Shown piece by piece: positions 18,231-28,839 of a stretch of DNA of 64,000 nt. Under the pieces are notes generated by a model, which saw only the letters and a program-made list of their open reading frames with translations, ran no database searches and was not told where the DNA came from. The first letter of the stretch is position 1. Each line of letters opens with the position of its first letter. The translations under genes were made by a program, and so were the position numbers. Where the stretch lies: the NCBI GenBank assembly GCA_039924175.1, contig JBDTBF010000045.1, positions 52,286-116,285 on the forward strand. The letters are read 5' to 3'. The stretch comes from Rhodanobacter sp. (GTDB lineage: Bacteria; Pseudomonadota; Gammaproteobacteria; Xanthomonadales; Rhodanobacteraceae).

Positions 18231-20894
18231 ATGTTTCGCAAGCTTACTCAACATATTCTGCGCGCCGGTGGCATGGCCGTCGTCGTCACGTTGGCGGGTT
18301 GTGCGTCGATACCGCAGACGCCGGATAACGGTGCCCTGCAGCGCGAGGCCATGGCCGGCACGCAAAACCCGGTGCCGAAACCGTTGCCGCTAAATACTGA
18401 CTTGGCCAACAGTCAAGACCCGGTGGCGAAACCGGAGATCAGCAACGGCACCGGGCATTTCATTCAACCCACGGCGCTGAAGACGCCACGGCCAGCTGCT
18501 GCCGGCACGGGCGCGGTCACGTTCAACTTTGAAAATCAGCCAGTGCAGGCGGTGGTTAAGGCGATTCTTGGCGATCTGCTGAAGCAGAACTACACGATCG
18601 TGCCGGGTGTGGAAGGGAATATTTCCTTCTCTACGTCTGAGCCCGTGGATCACGCACAGGCGCTGCCGATATTGGAAACCTTGCTGTCGTGGACCGGTAA
18701 CGCGTTGGTTCACCGCAACGGTGGTTATGTGGTTTTGCCGGCAAAGGATGCGGTGGCCGGCAACCTCGTGCCGACGCTGGGTGGCACCGCCCCGCAAGGT
18801 GGCATGCAGACGCGCTTGTTCCCGCTGCACTTTATTTCCGCCACCGAAATGAGCAAGCTGATCAAGCCGTTCGCACGGGCAGATTCCATCTTGCTGATCG
18901 ATCCGGCGCGCAACCTGCTGGTGCTGTCGGGTACGCCGCAGGAACTGACAAACTACCAGAGCATGGTGCGCACATTTGACGTGGACTGGCTCCGTGGCAT
19001 GTCGGTCGGCGTATTCAATTTGCAGTACGCCACCGTCGGTGAATTGATGCCCAAGCTGGATAGCCTATTCGGCATCCATGGCGATACGCCGCTGGCCGGC
19101 ATGATGCGTTTCATCCCCATTGCGCGCACCAATGCGCTGGTGGTCATCAGTACCCAGCCGGCATACCTGCACGAAGTGGGCGACTGGATTGCACGCATTG
19201 ATCGCGGCGGTGGTAACGAGCCGCAGTTGTTCGTTTACGACGTGCGCAACATCAAAGCGTCGGATCTGGCGAAGTATCTGGCGCAGATTTACACCAACGG
19301 TGCTGGCAGTAGTGGCAACGGTGGCGGCGATAGTGGTGGCAGGGTCGGTCCCGGCCTTACCTCCAGCACGTTGGGTATGGCTGACAATGCTAACGGCGGA
19401 ACCAGCATGGGCGGCACCGCCGGCAGTTTTGGCAGTTCGGCAGGTGGCACGGGTGGTTCCAGCGGATTTGGATCCAATGGCGGTGGCGCGTCCACGGGGT
19501 TTGGTAGTAGCGGCGCATCAGGCGGTGACATGTCCAACTCCCGCGGTGGCGGAAGTGCAGGCGCTACCGGCTTTGGTAGCAGCGGGGGTTCTACGTTTGG
19601 TGCCGACAGTGGCGCTGGCGGCAGCTCGAGTGAACAGCAGTACAGCTCCAGCGATGGCAGCGTGCGGATCAGCTCGGTCGATGGCAGCAATCAGTTGCTG
19701 GTGCGTGCGCGCCCGTCACAGTGGGAGGAAATCAAGTCCGCCATTATCAAACTGGACAACGTGCCGCTACAGGTACAAATCGAAACGCGCATTCTGGAAG
19801 TCAGCCTTACCGGCGAGTTCCAGTTTGGTGTGCAGTGGTATCTGGAAGGGTTGACCGGAAGTACCGGCAGCACAGACGGCGGTAATTTTGCCCCCGGTCA
19901 GCCGTACCGGCATCGGCAGATCGGGCTGGGCAAGGGTGGCAGTGCCTACGGTGGCGAACCGTTCTTCTATTCGTTCCTCAACAGCAATCTACAGGTTGCC
20001 GTGCGTGCGATGGAGACTAGTGGCAACACCAAGACGTTGTCGGCGCCCTCCATGGTGGTGATCAACAACCAGACGGCGAGCATCGCAGTCGGTGATCAGA
20101 TTCCGATCAACCAGACTAGTGTTAACACGGGCATCGGCACGGCGAGCACCTACAGCCAGGTCAGCTATTTGAATACCGGCGTGATCTTGCATGTGCAGCC
20201 GCGGATCAATCCCGGTGGCTTGGTCTACATGAACATCAGTCAGGAGGTCAGCCAGGCGGACAAGTCGGTGCCCTTGGTCAACGGCAATCCAGCCATTTCA
20301 CAGCGCAAATTGGCGACCCAAGTGGCGGTGCAGAGTGGCCAGACGGTGTTGCTGGGTGGCCTGATTGAGCAGGCCGAGGGCAATACTGACACGGGTATTC
20401 CAGGGCTTAACCGCATTCCCGTACTGGGCCGCTTGTTTGGTAGCACCAATCGCAGCCGCAACCGCACTGAACTGATCGTCTTGATTACGCCGCGGGTGAT
20501 TCGCGGCGGCGAAGATGCCAAGCGCATCACCGACGAATACCAGAGCCAGTTCGAGTCATTGGCACCGTTGCGCAAGACGCCGACGCCGGTCACGTCAGCG
20601 GCGAGCACGCCAGTGGCAATCATGCCTCTCGCGAGTTCCGTTGCGGCGCGGCCAACGACCGTAGTTTCGCCGGCGCAGTTGCAGCAGCAGGCAGTCGCGG
20701 CCATGGGCCAGACCGACTACGTTGCGGCCCAAACTATCGCCTTGCGCTCGTGGCGGGAAGGAACGCATCGCGGTAGCCTGTGCGCGCAAAATTGGCAGGT
20801 GATCGCCGAAGCGCGCGACCGCTTGCGGGATGTGGCGGGTGCGGCGGTGGCGCGGAAATCGGCCATAGCGTGTGTGGCGCCAAGGAAGCCCTAG
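18231..20894 (+). CDS. gspD: Type II secretion secretin GspD/XpsD, a lipoprotein with a Gly/Ser-rich loop and extra C-terminal domain
   Basis: Lipobox LAGC, N0 FNFENQPV, QVQIETRILEV, GVQWY, and secretin signature GIPGLNRIPVLGRLF...RTELIVLITPRVI. Confidence 0.95.
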   Translation: MFRKLTQHILRAGGMAVVVTLAGCASIPQTPDNGALQREAMAGTQNPVPKPLPLNTDLANSQDPVAKPEISNGTGHFIQPTALKTPRPAAAGTGAVTFNFENQPVQAVVKAILGDLLKQNYTIVPGVEGNISFSTSEPVDHAQALPILETLLSWTGNALVHRNGGYVVLPAKDAVAGNLVPTLGGTAPQGGMQTRLFPLHFISATEMSKLIKPFARADSILLIDPARNLLVLSGTPQELTNYQSMVRTFDVDWLRGMSVGVFNLQYATVGELMPKLDSLFGIHGDTPLAGMMRFIPIARTNALVVISTQPAYLHEVGDWIARIDRGGGNEPQLFVYDVRNIKASDLAKYLAQIYTNGAGSSGNGGGDSGGRVGPGLTSSTLGMADNANGGTSMGGTAGSFGSSAGGTGGSSGFGSNGGGASTGFGSSGASGGDMSNSRGGGSAGATGFGSSGGSTFGADSGAGGSSSEQQYSSSDGSVRISSVDGSNQLLVRARPSQWEEIKSAIIKLDNVPLQVQIETRILEVSLTGEFQFGVQWYLEGLTGSTGSTDGGNFAPGQPYRHRQIGLGKGGSAYGGEPFFYSFLNSNLQVAVRAMETSGNTKTLSAPSMVVINNQTASIAVGDQIPINQTSVNTGIGTASTYSQVSYLNTGVILHVQPRINPGGLVYMNISQEVSQADKSVPLVNGNPAISQRKLATQVAVQSGQTVLLGGLIEQAEGNTDTGIPGLNRIPVLGRLFGSTNRSRNRTELIVLITPRVIRGGEDAKRITDEYQSQFESLAPLRKTPTPVTSAASTPVAIMPLASSVAARPTTVVSPAQLQQQAVAAMGQTDYVAAQTIALRSWREGTHRGSLCAQNWQVIAEARDRLRDVAGAAVARKSAIACVAPRKP

Positions 20895-21289
20895 CTGCGT
20901 TGGCGGCAACTAGTTGGACCGCACAGCCCACTGCGCGGTCCACTACTTGCCGCTGCTTGTTGGCCCATAAAATCGCGCTGGGCTACGAGTCGCCAGTTGC
21001 TGCCTTCGCGCAAAGGACGTGTTACCTCGAGTCTTCTTATCGCCCCCAGCCTCAGGGAATTCTTGGATAAGTCGTCAACCTCGCGCTGCTTGAGTGCTGC
21101 TGGAACGAGGAACGGAGGTTTGTGCAGGCCATCCTTCGCGGATTGATGCCAGTGTGCCCGGTACTGCCGGTGCGCCGCAGCTCGCCTTTGATATAGCGTG
21201 GCGCTGGCGTAGGTGAGGTGCTTGGTCAATGGCGAGACGCGGGCGCTAGCGGGCATCAATTGCGCCACCAGCTATTACCATGGGCGACG

Positions 21290-23818
21290 ATGAGTACGCC
21301 CCTTCCTTGCTTCCCGATTACGCCGCTGCTGCCGCAGATTTGCGCGTCGTTGCTTACGTGTCCGCGCCTGGTTTTGGAAGCGCCGCCGGGTGCGGGTAAA
21401 ACCACCCAGGTCCCGTTGGCGCTGTTGAGTGCCGATTGGATGGCCGGGCGCAAGCTGGTGTTGTTGGAGCCACGCCGGATTGCCGCGCGTGCGGCGGCGC
21501 AGTTCATGGCACGCCAGCTCGGTGAAGAAGTCGGTCAAACGGTTGGCTACCGCATTCGCTTTGAGTCCAAAGTGAGTGCGGCTACGCGCATCGAAGTGGT
21601 TACCGAAGGTATTTTGACGCGGTTGATTCAGCGCGACCCCGAACTGACCGCTATCGGCGCCGTCATCTTTGACGAGTTTCACGAGCGCCACCTAGCCGGC
21701 GACTTGGGCGCCGCTTTGGCGTGGGAAGTGCAAACCACGTTGCGGCCCGACCTGCGCCTACTGTTGATGTCCGCCACCTTGGATGGCGAGCGCATCGCGC
21801 AATGGCTGGACGCGCCGCGCCTGACCAGTCCAGGTCGGGCGTTTCCGGTGCAGATCGTGCATCCGCCGGCGCGTGTGCAGGAGGCCATGGAATATCAGAT
21901 GGCTCGCGTAGTGCGTCAGGCGTTGCAGGAAAATGACGGCGACGTCCTGGCGTTTTTGCCCGGTCGACGTGAGATTGCGCGCGTGCAGAGTTTGCTTGAG
22001 ACAACGTTGGATGGCGTAGCCGACGGCACGGTGGAAGTACTCGCGCTGCATGGTGAGTTGTCGCAAGCCGCGCAGCAAATGGCGTTGTCGCCCGCGCTGC
22101 CCGGCTCGCGCCGAGTGGTGTTAGCCACCAATGTGGCCGAATCCAGCGTCACCTTGCCGGGTATTCGCGCCGTCGTGGATGGTGGGCTCGCGCGCGAGCC
22201 GCGCTTTGATCCCAATACAGGCTTCACGCGGCTGCAGACGGTGCCTATTTCGCAGGCGTCGGCCGATCAGCGGGCCGGTCGTGCTGGCCGCGTGGCGGCG
22301 GGCGTGGCGTATCGCTTGTGGCCACAAAGCAAGCGTCTGGAGGTGGCGCGTAGTGCGGAAATAGCCAATGTTGAGCTGTCTGGTTTGGCGCTGGAATTGG
22401 CCGTGTGGGGTGTCGCCATCCAGACGTCTACTTTGCATTGGCTGGATCCGCCGCCGGAGGGTGCGTTGGCGCAGGCGCGTTCGCTGCTGATCGAACTCGG
22501 CGCGCTGGATGAGCGCGGCGCGCTCACTGAGTTGGGTCGGCAGATGGTGCAGTTGGGCACGGCGCCGCGTTTGGCCGCGGCGGCGCGGCGCGCGCCTGCG
22601 CTGCAACGATCGCTGATGGCAGATTTGCTGGCGCTCATGGATGCCCGTTCGCCCATGCGCGGCGCGGATGCGCGCAACGATGATTTTCGGGTGCGGGTTG
22701 CTGCGCTACATGCGTGGCGTGATCGCCGTAGTAGCGGTTTGCGCGGGCAAGCGGATAGCGGTGCATTGGCTGCCATCGATCGGGTCAGTACGGGATGGCG
22801 TCGGCGTTTGGATGTCCGAACTGCGGCTAGCGGCGTGCCAGATAGTCACAGTGTGGGCGAGCTTTTGTTGTCTGCATTTCCCGACCGCGTCGCGCGCCGG
22901 GATGACAACAATGCCTTGCGTTACACCTTGGCCAATGGTCGCGGTGCGTCCTTGCACGAAAATACGGCGCTGCGCGGTGAACCGTGGTTGCTGGCCCTCG
23001 ATCTACGCCAGGAAGCGCGCGATAGCTTGATTTTGGCAGCCGCGCCCATCGACCTGCGGGTATTGCAGCGTGATTATCCGCAGCGCTTCACGCAAACGCG
23101 CGTGCTGCAATGGAACGACGCGCGGGCAGCGGCGGAAGCCTTTGTCGAAGAGCGCTTCGGTTCGATTGTGCTGGAGCGGCGTAGCGTGCCAGTGCGAGCG
23201 GAAGATGCGTTGCCAAGCTTGCTGGCCGCTGTACGTAGTCACGGTTTGAGCGTGTTGCCGTGGAGCGAACATGCGGCAGATTTGCGCACGCGCATGCAAT
23301 CGCTACGCGACTGGATGCCCGAGTTAAGCTTGCCGGACGTTTCCGACGAAGCGCTATTGGGATCGCTGGAAAAATGGTTGGCGCCATGTTTGCACGGCAC
23401 GCATCGACTCGATGGTGTGAAGCCGGAAGAGTTAACCCAAGCGTTGATGCAGCAACTCAGTTATGAGCAACGGCGAGCGCTGGACAGTAACGCGCCGGAG
23501 AGCTTGACCGTGCCCAGCGGGCAAAGCCGACGTTTGGAGTATGTCGTCGGAGCCGCGCCGGTGTTGTCGGTCAAGCTGCAGGAATTGTTTGGCCTAGCGG
23601 ACACGCCGCGCATTGCCGGTGGCCGCGTTGTGGTCACGCTGCACTTGCTGTCACCGGCGCGACGGCCGATTCAGGTGACGCAAGATCTTAAAGGATTCTG
23701 GGAGCGCACCTATCCCGAAGTACGCAAGGAACTCAAAGGCCGTTATCCACGCCACCCGTGGCCGCTTGACCCGTGGAGTGCGGTGCCCACGCATCGCGCC
23801 AAGCCACGCGGAACGTGA
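21290..23818 (+). CDS. hrpB: ATP-dependent RNA helicase HrpB
   Basis: APPGAGKTT, DEFHER, MSAT, ATNVAESSVT, QRAGRAGR, and C-terminal LLSPARRPIQVTQDL.GFW...YPRHPWP. Confidence 0.95.
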   Translation: MSTPLPCFPITPLLPQICASLLTCPRLVLEAPPGAGKTTQVPLALLSADWMAGRKLVLLEPRRIAARAAAQFMARQLGEEVGQTVGYRIRFESKVSAATRIEVVTEGILTRLIQRDPELTAIGAVIFDEFHERHLAGDLGAALAWEVQTTLRPDLRLLLMSATLDGERIAQWLDAPRLTSPGRAFPVQIVHPPARVQEAMEYQMARVVRQALQENDGDVLAFLPGRREIARVQSLLETTLDGVADGTVEVLALHGELSQAAQQMALSPALPGSRRVVLATNVAESSVTLPGIRAVVDGGLAREPRFDPNTGFTRLQTVPISQASADQRAGRAGRVAAGVAYRLWPQSKRLEVARSAEIANVELSGLALELAVWGVAIQTSTLHWLDPPPEGALAQARSLLIELGALDERGALTELGRQMVQLGTAPRLAAAARRAPALQRSLMADLLALMDARSPMRGADARNDDFRVRVAALHAWRDRRSSGLRGQADSGALAAIDRVSTGWRRRLDVRTAASGVPDSHSVGELLLSAFPDRVARRDDNNALRYTLANGRGASLHENTALRGEPWLLALDLRQEARDSLILAAAPIDLRVLQRDYPQRFTQTRVLQWNDARAAAEAFVEERFGSIVLERRSVPVRAEDALPSLLAAVRSHGLSVLPWSEHAADLRTRMQSLRDWMPELSLPDVSDEALLGSLEKWLAPCLHGTHRLDGVKPEELTQALMQQLSYEQRRALDSNAPESLTVPSGQSRRLEYVVGAAPVLSVKLQELFGLADTPRIAGGRVVVTLHLLSPARRPIQVTQDLKGFWERTYPEVRKELKGRYPRHPWPLDPWSAVPTHRAKPRGT

Positions 23819-23837
23819 GCGTACTGATTACGCTGTT

Positions 23838-23869
23838 GCTGACGCGCTGACGCGCTGACGCGCTGACGC
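23838..23869. repeat. Tandem octamer (GCTGACGC)x4
   Basis: Four exact copies directly after the hrpB stop. Confidence 0.9.
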
Positions 23870-24034
23870 GCAGCGCGCGCATACGCAGGCCACGTAGCGA
23901 CGGCACTTCACCTGGACGCCAATGCGGCAAGTGTTTAACCCACCGTCGGCCGAGCTAGCTAGCTTGATGTCGTGACCGACACCGCCGTCGCTGCTGGCTT
24001 ATTTTAGCGACGGCTACGCCACGGCGGTTCGTCG

Positions 24035-25444
24035 CTATGGTTTGCTTGATGGCGTGGTGGGTGCATGCGAGCGATCGAAGCTACCGGCAAAGCCGGGAAA
24101 CACGACGAGGCTTTCATAACCGTCGACTGATACCGCAGATACGCCAAAGAAATAGTCGTCGATTACGACATCTTTCAACACCGCGTGGTCGACATCGCCT
24201 ACTGCGCGTTGGTGTTGCCATTGCGCGGCGGTGGTGTCGCGCCAATGCACGCGGTAGCCGGCTGCGCCGGGGACTTTGCTCCAACTCAGCGTGGTGTCGG
24301 TGGCTAGGGCGCCGCGTGTTTCCACGTTGCGTGGCGGCGCCGGTGCGCGGCTTAGCGACGCCATGGTGATGGTGTTCAACGCGGTGACGCTGGCGAGGTA
24401 GTGGAAATCGATGCCGTCGATGGTGTCGCCATAATGCACGCCGCGATCTTGATCGGTGTTTCCGATACGTAAGTCTTGATGCTGGCGGGTGTAATCCTCG
24501 TGCGCTTCGGTGACACGCACGGCGGGGAAGCCGGCTTCAAGAAACGGTACTTGGTCGCCGCCTCGTCCATAGCGGTCGGTGCGATAAACCATTTTTACCC
24601 GCAAATTGGGCAGGTAATCGTTGGCGAGTATCGCCATCATGCGGGCGAGGTTACGCGAGGGTGAATCCACTTCGCCGCCGTGATAACGCCGGTAGTCGGC
24701 TTGCTTTGGCGTTTCGTTACTCTTGGTGCCTTCGGAAAAAACGCGCACGGTGGTGTTGTCGATCACACCGTTCTGGCCGCGGCTGTTGCCGACAATGTCG
24801 TTGTTGAGTTCGGCCTCCACTTGCCAGCCGTGCGCCACCGCGTAATCGGCCAACACTTTGCCGCCGTACAAACCTTGTTCTTCGCCTGACAGTGCGGCAA
24901 ACACCAGCGTCGCCTGATTATCTTGTTTGGACAGCAAACGCGCCGCTTCCATCAAGGCCGCGACGCCGGATGCATCGTCGTTGGCACCGGGCGCATCGCT
25001 GGTGGCGTTCATTACGTCGGTGACGCGTGAATCGAGATGGCCGGTCATCACGATGACTCGGTTCGGATCGCCTTTGCCGCGTTTGATGGCGACCACGTCC
25101 ATAACTTCGGTGGGCGTGGGTGCGCGTTTTCCGGTGAACATCTGCGATGGCGTAATGACTTCGATGCAGCCACCACACTCTTTTGAGATAGCCTCGAAGC
25201 GAGACTTTACCCAGCGTCGTGCCGCACCGATACCACGTGTGTCCGAGGTCGTATCCGACAAGGTGTGTCGGGTGCCGAAGCCCACCAAATGGGTAATGGT
25301 GTTACGCAGCTCCGTCTGGCTGGGCGCGTTAGCCAATGCATGTAGTTGCGGTTGTTCGTGCGGGGTGACTGGCGTTTGCGCGGCGCTGCTGCCTACCGCG
25401 CCAAGCAGAATAAGTGGTAACAGCTGCATGCTTCGAAACATCAT
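24035..25444 (-). CDS. Secreted M28 family aminopeptidase with C-terminal Fn3-like domain
   Basis: Signal peptide, GHLDS, PGANDDASG, GEEQGLYG, NNDIVG, GGDQVPF, QHQD. Confidence 0.9.
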   Translation of the reverse strand: MMFRSMQLLPLILLGAVGSSAAQTPVTPHEQPQLHALANAPSQTELRNTITHLVGFGTRHTLSDTTSDTRGIGAARRWVKSRFEAISKECGGCIEVITPSQMFTGKRAPTPTEVMDVVAIKRGKGDPNRVIVMTGHLDSRVTDVMNATSDAPGANDDASGVAALMEAARLLSKQDNQATLVFAALSGEEQGLYGGKVLADYAVAHGWQVEAELNNDIVGNSRGQNGVIDNTTVRVFSEGTKSNETPKQADYRRYHGGEVDSPSRNLARMMAILANDYLPNLRVKMVYRTDRYGRGGDQVPFLEAGFPAVRVTEAHEDYTRQHQDLRIGNTDQDRGVHYGDTIDGIDFHYLASVTALNTITMASLSRAPAPPRNVETRGALATDTTLSWSKVPGAAGYRVHWRDTTAAQWQHQRAVGDVDHAVLKDVVIDDYFFGVSAVSVDGYESLVVFPGFAGSFDRSHAPTTPSSKP

Positions 25445-25525
25445 TTACGTCCTCCCGAGCGAGAAGTTCACGATACACGGCAACGCGGTAAATGAGTTCG
25501 GGTTACTACGTTTAAACGCCACCGC

Positions 25526-25557
25526 AAAAAAAGACCCGACCGTTTCCGATCGGGCCT
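25526..25557 (-). terminator. Rho-independent terminator of the S53 peptidase gene
   Basis: Minus strand reads GGCCCGATCG-gaaa-CGGTCGGGTC followed by TTTTTTT. A second hairpin lies at about 25571-25592. Confidence 0.85.
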
Positions 25558-25609
25558 GCATTCAAGAGTCGGGCACGCCTGCTTGCGTGCCGTTCTTTAT
25601 TGACTGCCC

Positions 25610-28153
25610 TTACGGGTTATAGCTGCCGGTCAAAGTAACGCCGGTGTAGCTGGCGTAGGCGCGGACCATGATGTAATACGTGCCGGCAGTTGGTGCAGCC
25701 GCTGTGCAACTTTCCGTGTTGCCAGCGACGTAGGGGCGGCAGTCGTAGCTGCTGGTGGTTGGTGCTGAGCCGAGCTTCACGTACATGTCAGCGTCGCCGG
25801 TACCGCCGGAGATCGCCAAGTTCAAGTTGGTGGCGCCAGCGGGTACGACGATGGTGTAGTTAACCGCTTTGCCCTTGGTTGCATGCAAGCCAGTGACCGG
25901 CGTGCCGTTCTGCAAAACGGTGCCACCGCCGGTGCCACCACCGGTGCTCCAGCTGGCCTTGACGCTGACGCCGGAGAACGCTTGATAGCCGTTCAACATG
26001 ACGTAGTAGGTGCCGGCCTGTGGCGCTGCCACGCTGCAACTTTCGTTGTTGCCTGTCATGTAGGGGCGGCAGTCATAGCTGGACAGGGTCGGTGCGGAGC
26101 CAAACTTGGTGTATAGGTCCGCATCGCCGCTACCACCGGATTCGGAGATCACCAAGTTGCTGGCGCCAGCCGGGATCACGACGGTGTAGGCCAGTTGGCC
26201 ATTGGTTGCCGCAGACTGGCCGGTCAACGCCACGCCATTTTGCAGCGCATTACCGCTACCGCCGCCGGTACCCGCTACCGTCACCGATTGTGTTTTGGTG
26301 TTGCTGGCGCCGCCGTTGTCGGTTGCCTTCAGCGATACGCTGTAGGTACCGGCTGCAGCGTAAGTGTGGCTGGGGTTAGTGGCGGTGGAGGTAGCGCCGT
26401 CGCCGAAGTTCCACGAGCGTGAAGCAACCGTGCCATCGCTGTCGGTCGAACTGTCGGTGAAGCTGACGGTCAAGCCGCTAACCGAATCACTGAAGTTGGC
26501 GACCGGCGGCACATCCGTCGGTGGCGGTGTGCTGCCGCCGCCAATGTCAGCCGCTACCTGGCTGAGTTTGAAGCTACCGAAACCCGTCGTTAGATCCCAG
26601 CCGGCTGACGCGTTTTCACCGCCGTTACTGCCGGTGGTGACGTCGTGATAATCAGCTGCGGTCAGGGTTTGGTACAGATACGGCGCGGCGAAGGTCAGCG
26701 ATGGATTAGCGGCTAGCAAGCGTGCCCACGAACCAACGAAAAGCGGTGAAGACAAGCTGGTGCCGCCCACTTGCGTGCTGGAGCCGTTCACGATGATTTG
26801 CGCGCCGCTATTCGGGTCACCATCAAAGGCGATGTCGGGAACGCCGCGATAGCTGCCGCTTAGCACGCTGGCTTGCCAGCTTGGCTTCGGCTCAAACTTA
26901 CTGACGCTGCCGCCGCCGCCTGACCACGCGGATTCGCTGGTGTAGGTGGTGGTGGAGGCGTTCAGCGTTGTTCCGCCGACAGCGACAACGTACGGCGAAC
27001 TGGCGGGGTTGCTTGGGGTAGTACCGCCGTCGCCACATTCGTCGGCGCCGGAGTCACCAGAGGAGACGGAGAAGGTCTGGCCCTGCGCCACCGCCTGCTG
27101 GAAGATCTGGTCATCCGCTGCAGCCGAACCATCCTGCTGGGCCGAGGTTTCGCACTCGCCCAGCGACACGTTGATGATCTTGGTCGCGTTGGCCGACACG
27201 ATGGTGTTGAAGTCGGCGGTAAGGTTTGCGTTGGACAGGGTCGGGATGTTGTAGAAGATGATCTTGCCGACCTGGCCACCCGCCATGCCCACAATGTCTT
27301 GGCTGTCCAAGTTCCATTCGTCGACGCCGCTGGTGTCCGAACCGGTGCCGTTAGTGTTGACCGTCTGCGTGGTGACCGTCGCCAAGCCGTTTTGCGACGT
27401 AAAGGTGTTCAAGTCGGTGATGGTCTGGCTGATCTTGCCTTGGGTAACGATACCCACGGTGACACCAGCGGCGGTGGGAACACCAGTGCCGCCATAAATG
27501 GATGAAAAGTCGGTTGGGTTATGCCCGGTGACGGCCTGCGTGGTGTAACCGGGCTGTACGCGTTTGGCAAAGGTGTGCGCCTGATGCACGGTCTGCAAGC
27601 CGATGACCGACAACACGCTGTCCTTCAGTGCCAGCGGAATATGTATCGCACTGTTGTTCATGAAGGCGTGGCGGCCTTCCTTTGTCTTAACGCTGGTGAA
27701 GGTGGTCTGGAACGCGGCTCGCGCCGTGTCGGCACGACCGTCGGCCGAAACCAGTAGCCGATTCGGTGCGATGGTGACGTTGCTGAAACCGGCTGACTTC
27801 AAGTAGGCCGCAACCTTGTTTGCTTGATCCAGCGTGGGTGAATACTGGGTAGCGAACTGCGTCGCCGACATCTTGTGTTGCACCATCGACAGTGTCGATG
27901 TTTTGGCCGTGGCCAAAAAGGTATGTAACTGCGCCGGATTGCGTAGCTTCAAAGCGACTTCAATATGGATCGGCTGCGAGGCAGCCAAAGCGCCACTGAT
28001 GACGTCACCCTGGCGCAAGGTAGTTGCTTGTTGCGTCAAGGCAACAAATGCATTGCTGGTAACTGCTTGGCTGACTGGGGTGGCGCTGAGCGAAGTGGCT
28101 GCGGCCATACTGATGGCGGCAACTAATAGTTTTAGATGAAAATGATTTGACAT
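25610..28153 (-). CDS. S53 serine-carboxyl peptidase (sedolisin/xanthomonalisin-like) with propeptide, PKD and two PPC domains
   Basis: Pro-kumamolisin domain, catalytic EWNLD, SSGD and GGTSLSSP, Ca-site GWDLTTGFGS, PKD (SWNFGDG...HTY) and 2x PPC. Start is the ATG at 28153 with a GGGAGAG RBS. Confidence 0.93.
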   Translation of the reverse strand: MSNHFHLKLLVAAISMAAATSLSATPVSQAVTSNAFVALTQQATTLRQGDVISGALAASQPIHIEVALKLRNPAQLHTFLATAKTSTLSMVQHKMSATQFATQYSPTLDQANKVAAYLKSAGFSNVTIAPNRLLVSADGRADTARAAFQTTFTSVKTKEGRHAFMNNSAIHIPLALKDSVLSVIGLQTVHQAHTFAKRVQPGYTTQAVTGHNPTDFSSIYGGTGVPTAAGVTVGIVTQGKISQTITDLNTFTSQNGLATVTTQTVNTNGTGSDTSGVDEWNLDSQDIVGMAGGQVGKIIFYNIPTLSNANLTADFNTIVSANATKIINVSLGECETSAQQDGSAAADDQIFQQAVAQGQTFSVSSGDSGADECGDGGTTPSNPASSPYVVAVGGTTLNASTTTYTSESAWSGGGGSVSKFEPKPSWQASVLSGSYRGVPDIAFDGDPNSGAQIIVNGSSTQVGGTSLSSPLFVGSWARLLAANPSLTFAAPYLYQTLTAADYHDVTTGSNGGENASAGWDLTTGFGSFKLSQVAADIGGGSTPPPTDVPPVANFSDSVSGLTVSFTDSSTDSDGTVASRSWNFGDGATSTATNPSHTYAAAGTYSVSLKATDNGGASNTKTQSVTVAGTGGGSGNALQNGVALTGQSAATNGQLAYTVVIPAGASNLVISESGGSGDADLYTKFGSAPTLSSYDCRPYMTGNNESCSVAAPQAGTYYVMLNGYQAFSGVSVKASWSTGGGTGGGTVLQNGTPVTGLHATKGKAVNYTIVVPAGATNLNLAISGGTGDADMYVKLGSAPTTSSYDCRPYVAGNTESCTAAAPTAGTYYIMVRAYASYTGVTLTGSYNP

Positions 28154-28455
28154 GTGGCTCTCCCGAAGTGTTTTCAAAGACAAACGCGCCCGATGCGGCC
28201 GTTTGGACCTCATGAAATAAAGTGCCGTGGACAGGACGGCACCACTGTTTTGGATGACCCAACGATCCCACGTGTGCGGCAGCCCGCTCCCCCCAAACCT
28301 TCCATAGGAGTTGGCTGCGCATGTGTGACGGCTTGCGCCAGCATTTAGAAACGATGGCGCCTTTATTCGGGATCGTCCGTCAACGTTCCTTATGACGAAT
28401 GACTTTACGTTATGGCCATGGTGAATAAGCGTCAATACCGCTTAATCTGTAATTA

Positions 28456-28471
28456 GGTGATGGAAATCACG
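28456..28471. promoter_or_regulatory. CRP/Clp-like site in the AT-rich upstream region of the S53 gene
   Basis: GGTGA-tggaaa-TCACG matches TGTGA-N6-TCACA at 8/10 positions, within an AT-rich stretch at about 28400-28595. Confidence 0.45.
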
Positions 28472-28839
28472 GAAATATAAATCGATAAAATACGAAATAT
28501 TAAGTAGTAATTTCTTGTCGTAAGGTATTGCGAATAGTATTAACGCGTGGGCCGCACTATCTAAATATTTATGGTTACTTAGTCCATACATTATCTAGTG
28601 CGAACGTCGGCATAATCCGGACGCGGTGATGGGTTCGAGCTGGAGCTGGAAAGCCGTTGTATCGTTGCGTTACGCAAGTAGTTACGACATTGCAGCTTGA
28701 TCGCGGGTCGTGCTGATGCGCAGGGATTCAGCCGGGAAGTACGCGCTGAGCCTGCTTCGGGCATACCTACCTTGGGCGAACCAGCCGCGTAGCCATAACC
28801 CGCGCTGACGGCCGGTGCGCAGCGTGCGACCATGCGCAC

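Noticed and set aside
19297-19655. Long Gly/Ser-rich insertion in GspD
   Set aside because: Low-complexity N3 loops are already known in XpsD/OutD-type secretins, so this is not novel.
21290-23818. hrpB as a type III secretion (hrp) gene next to the T2SS
   Set aside because: Name coincidence only; this is the DEAH-box RNA helicase HrpB.
28154-28435. 94-codon N-terminal extension of the S53 ORF in the ORF track
   Set aside because: The signal peptide and RBS fit the ATG at 28153; the extension is open frame in the leader or promoter region.
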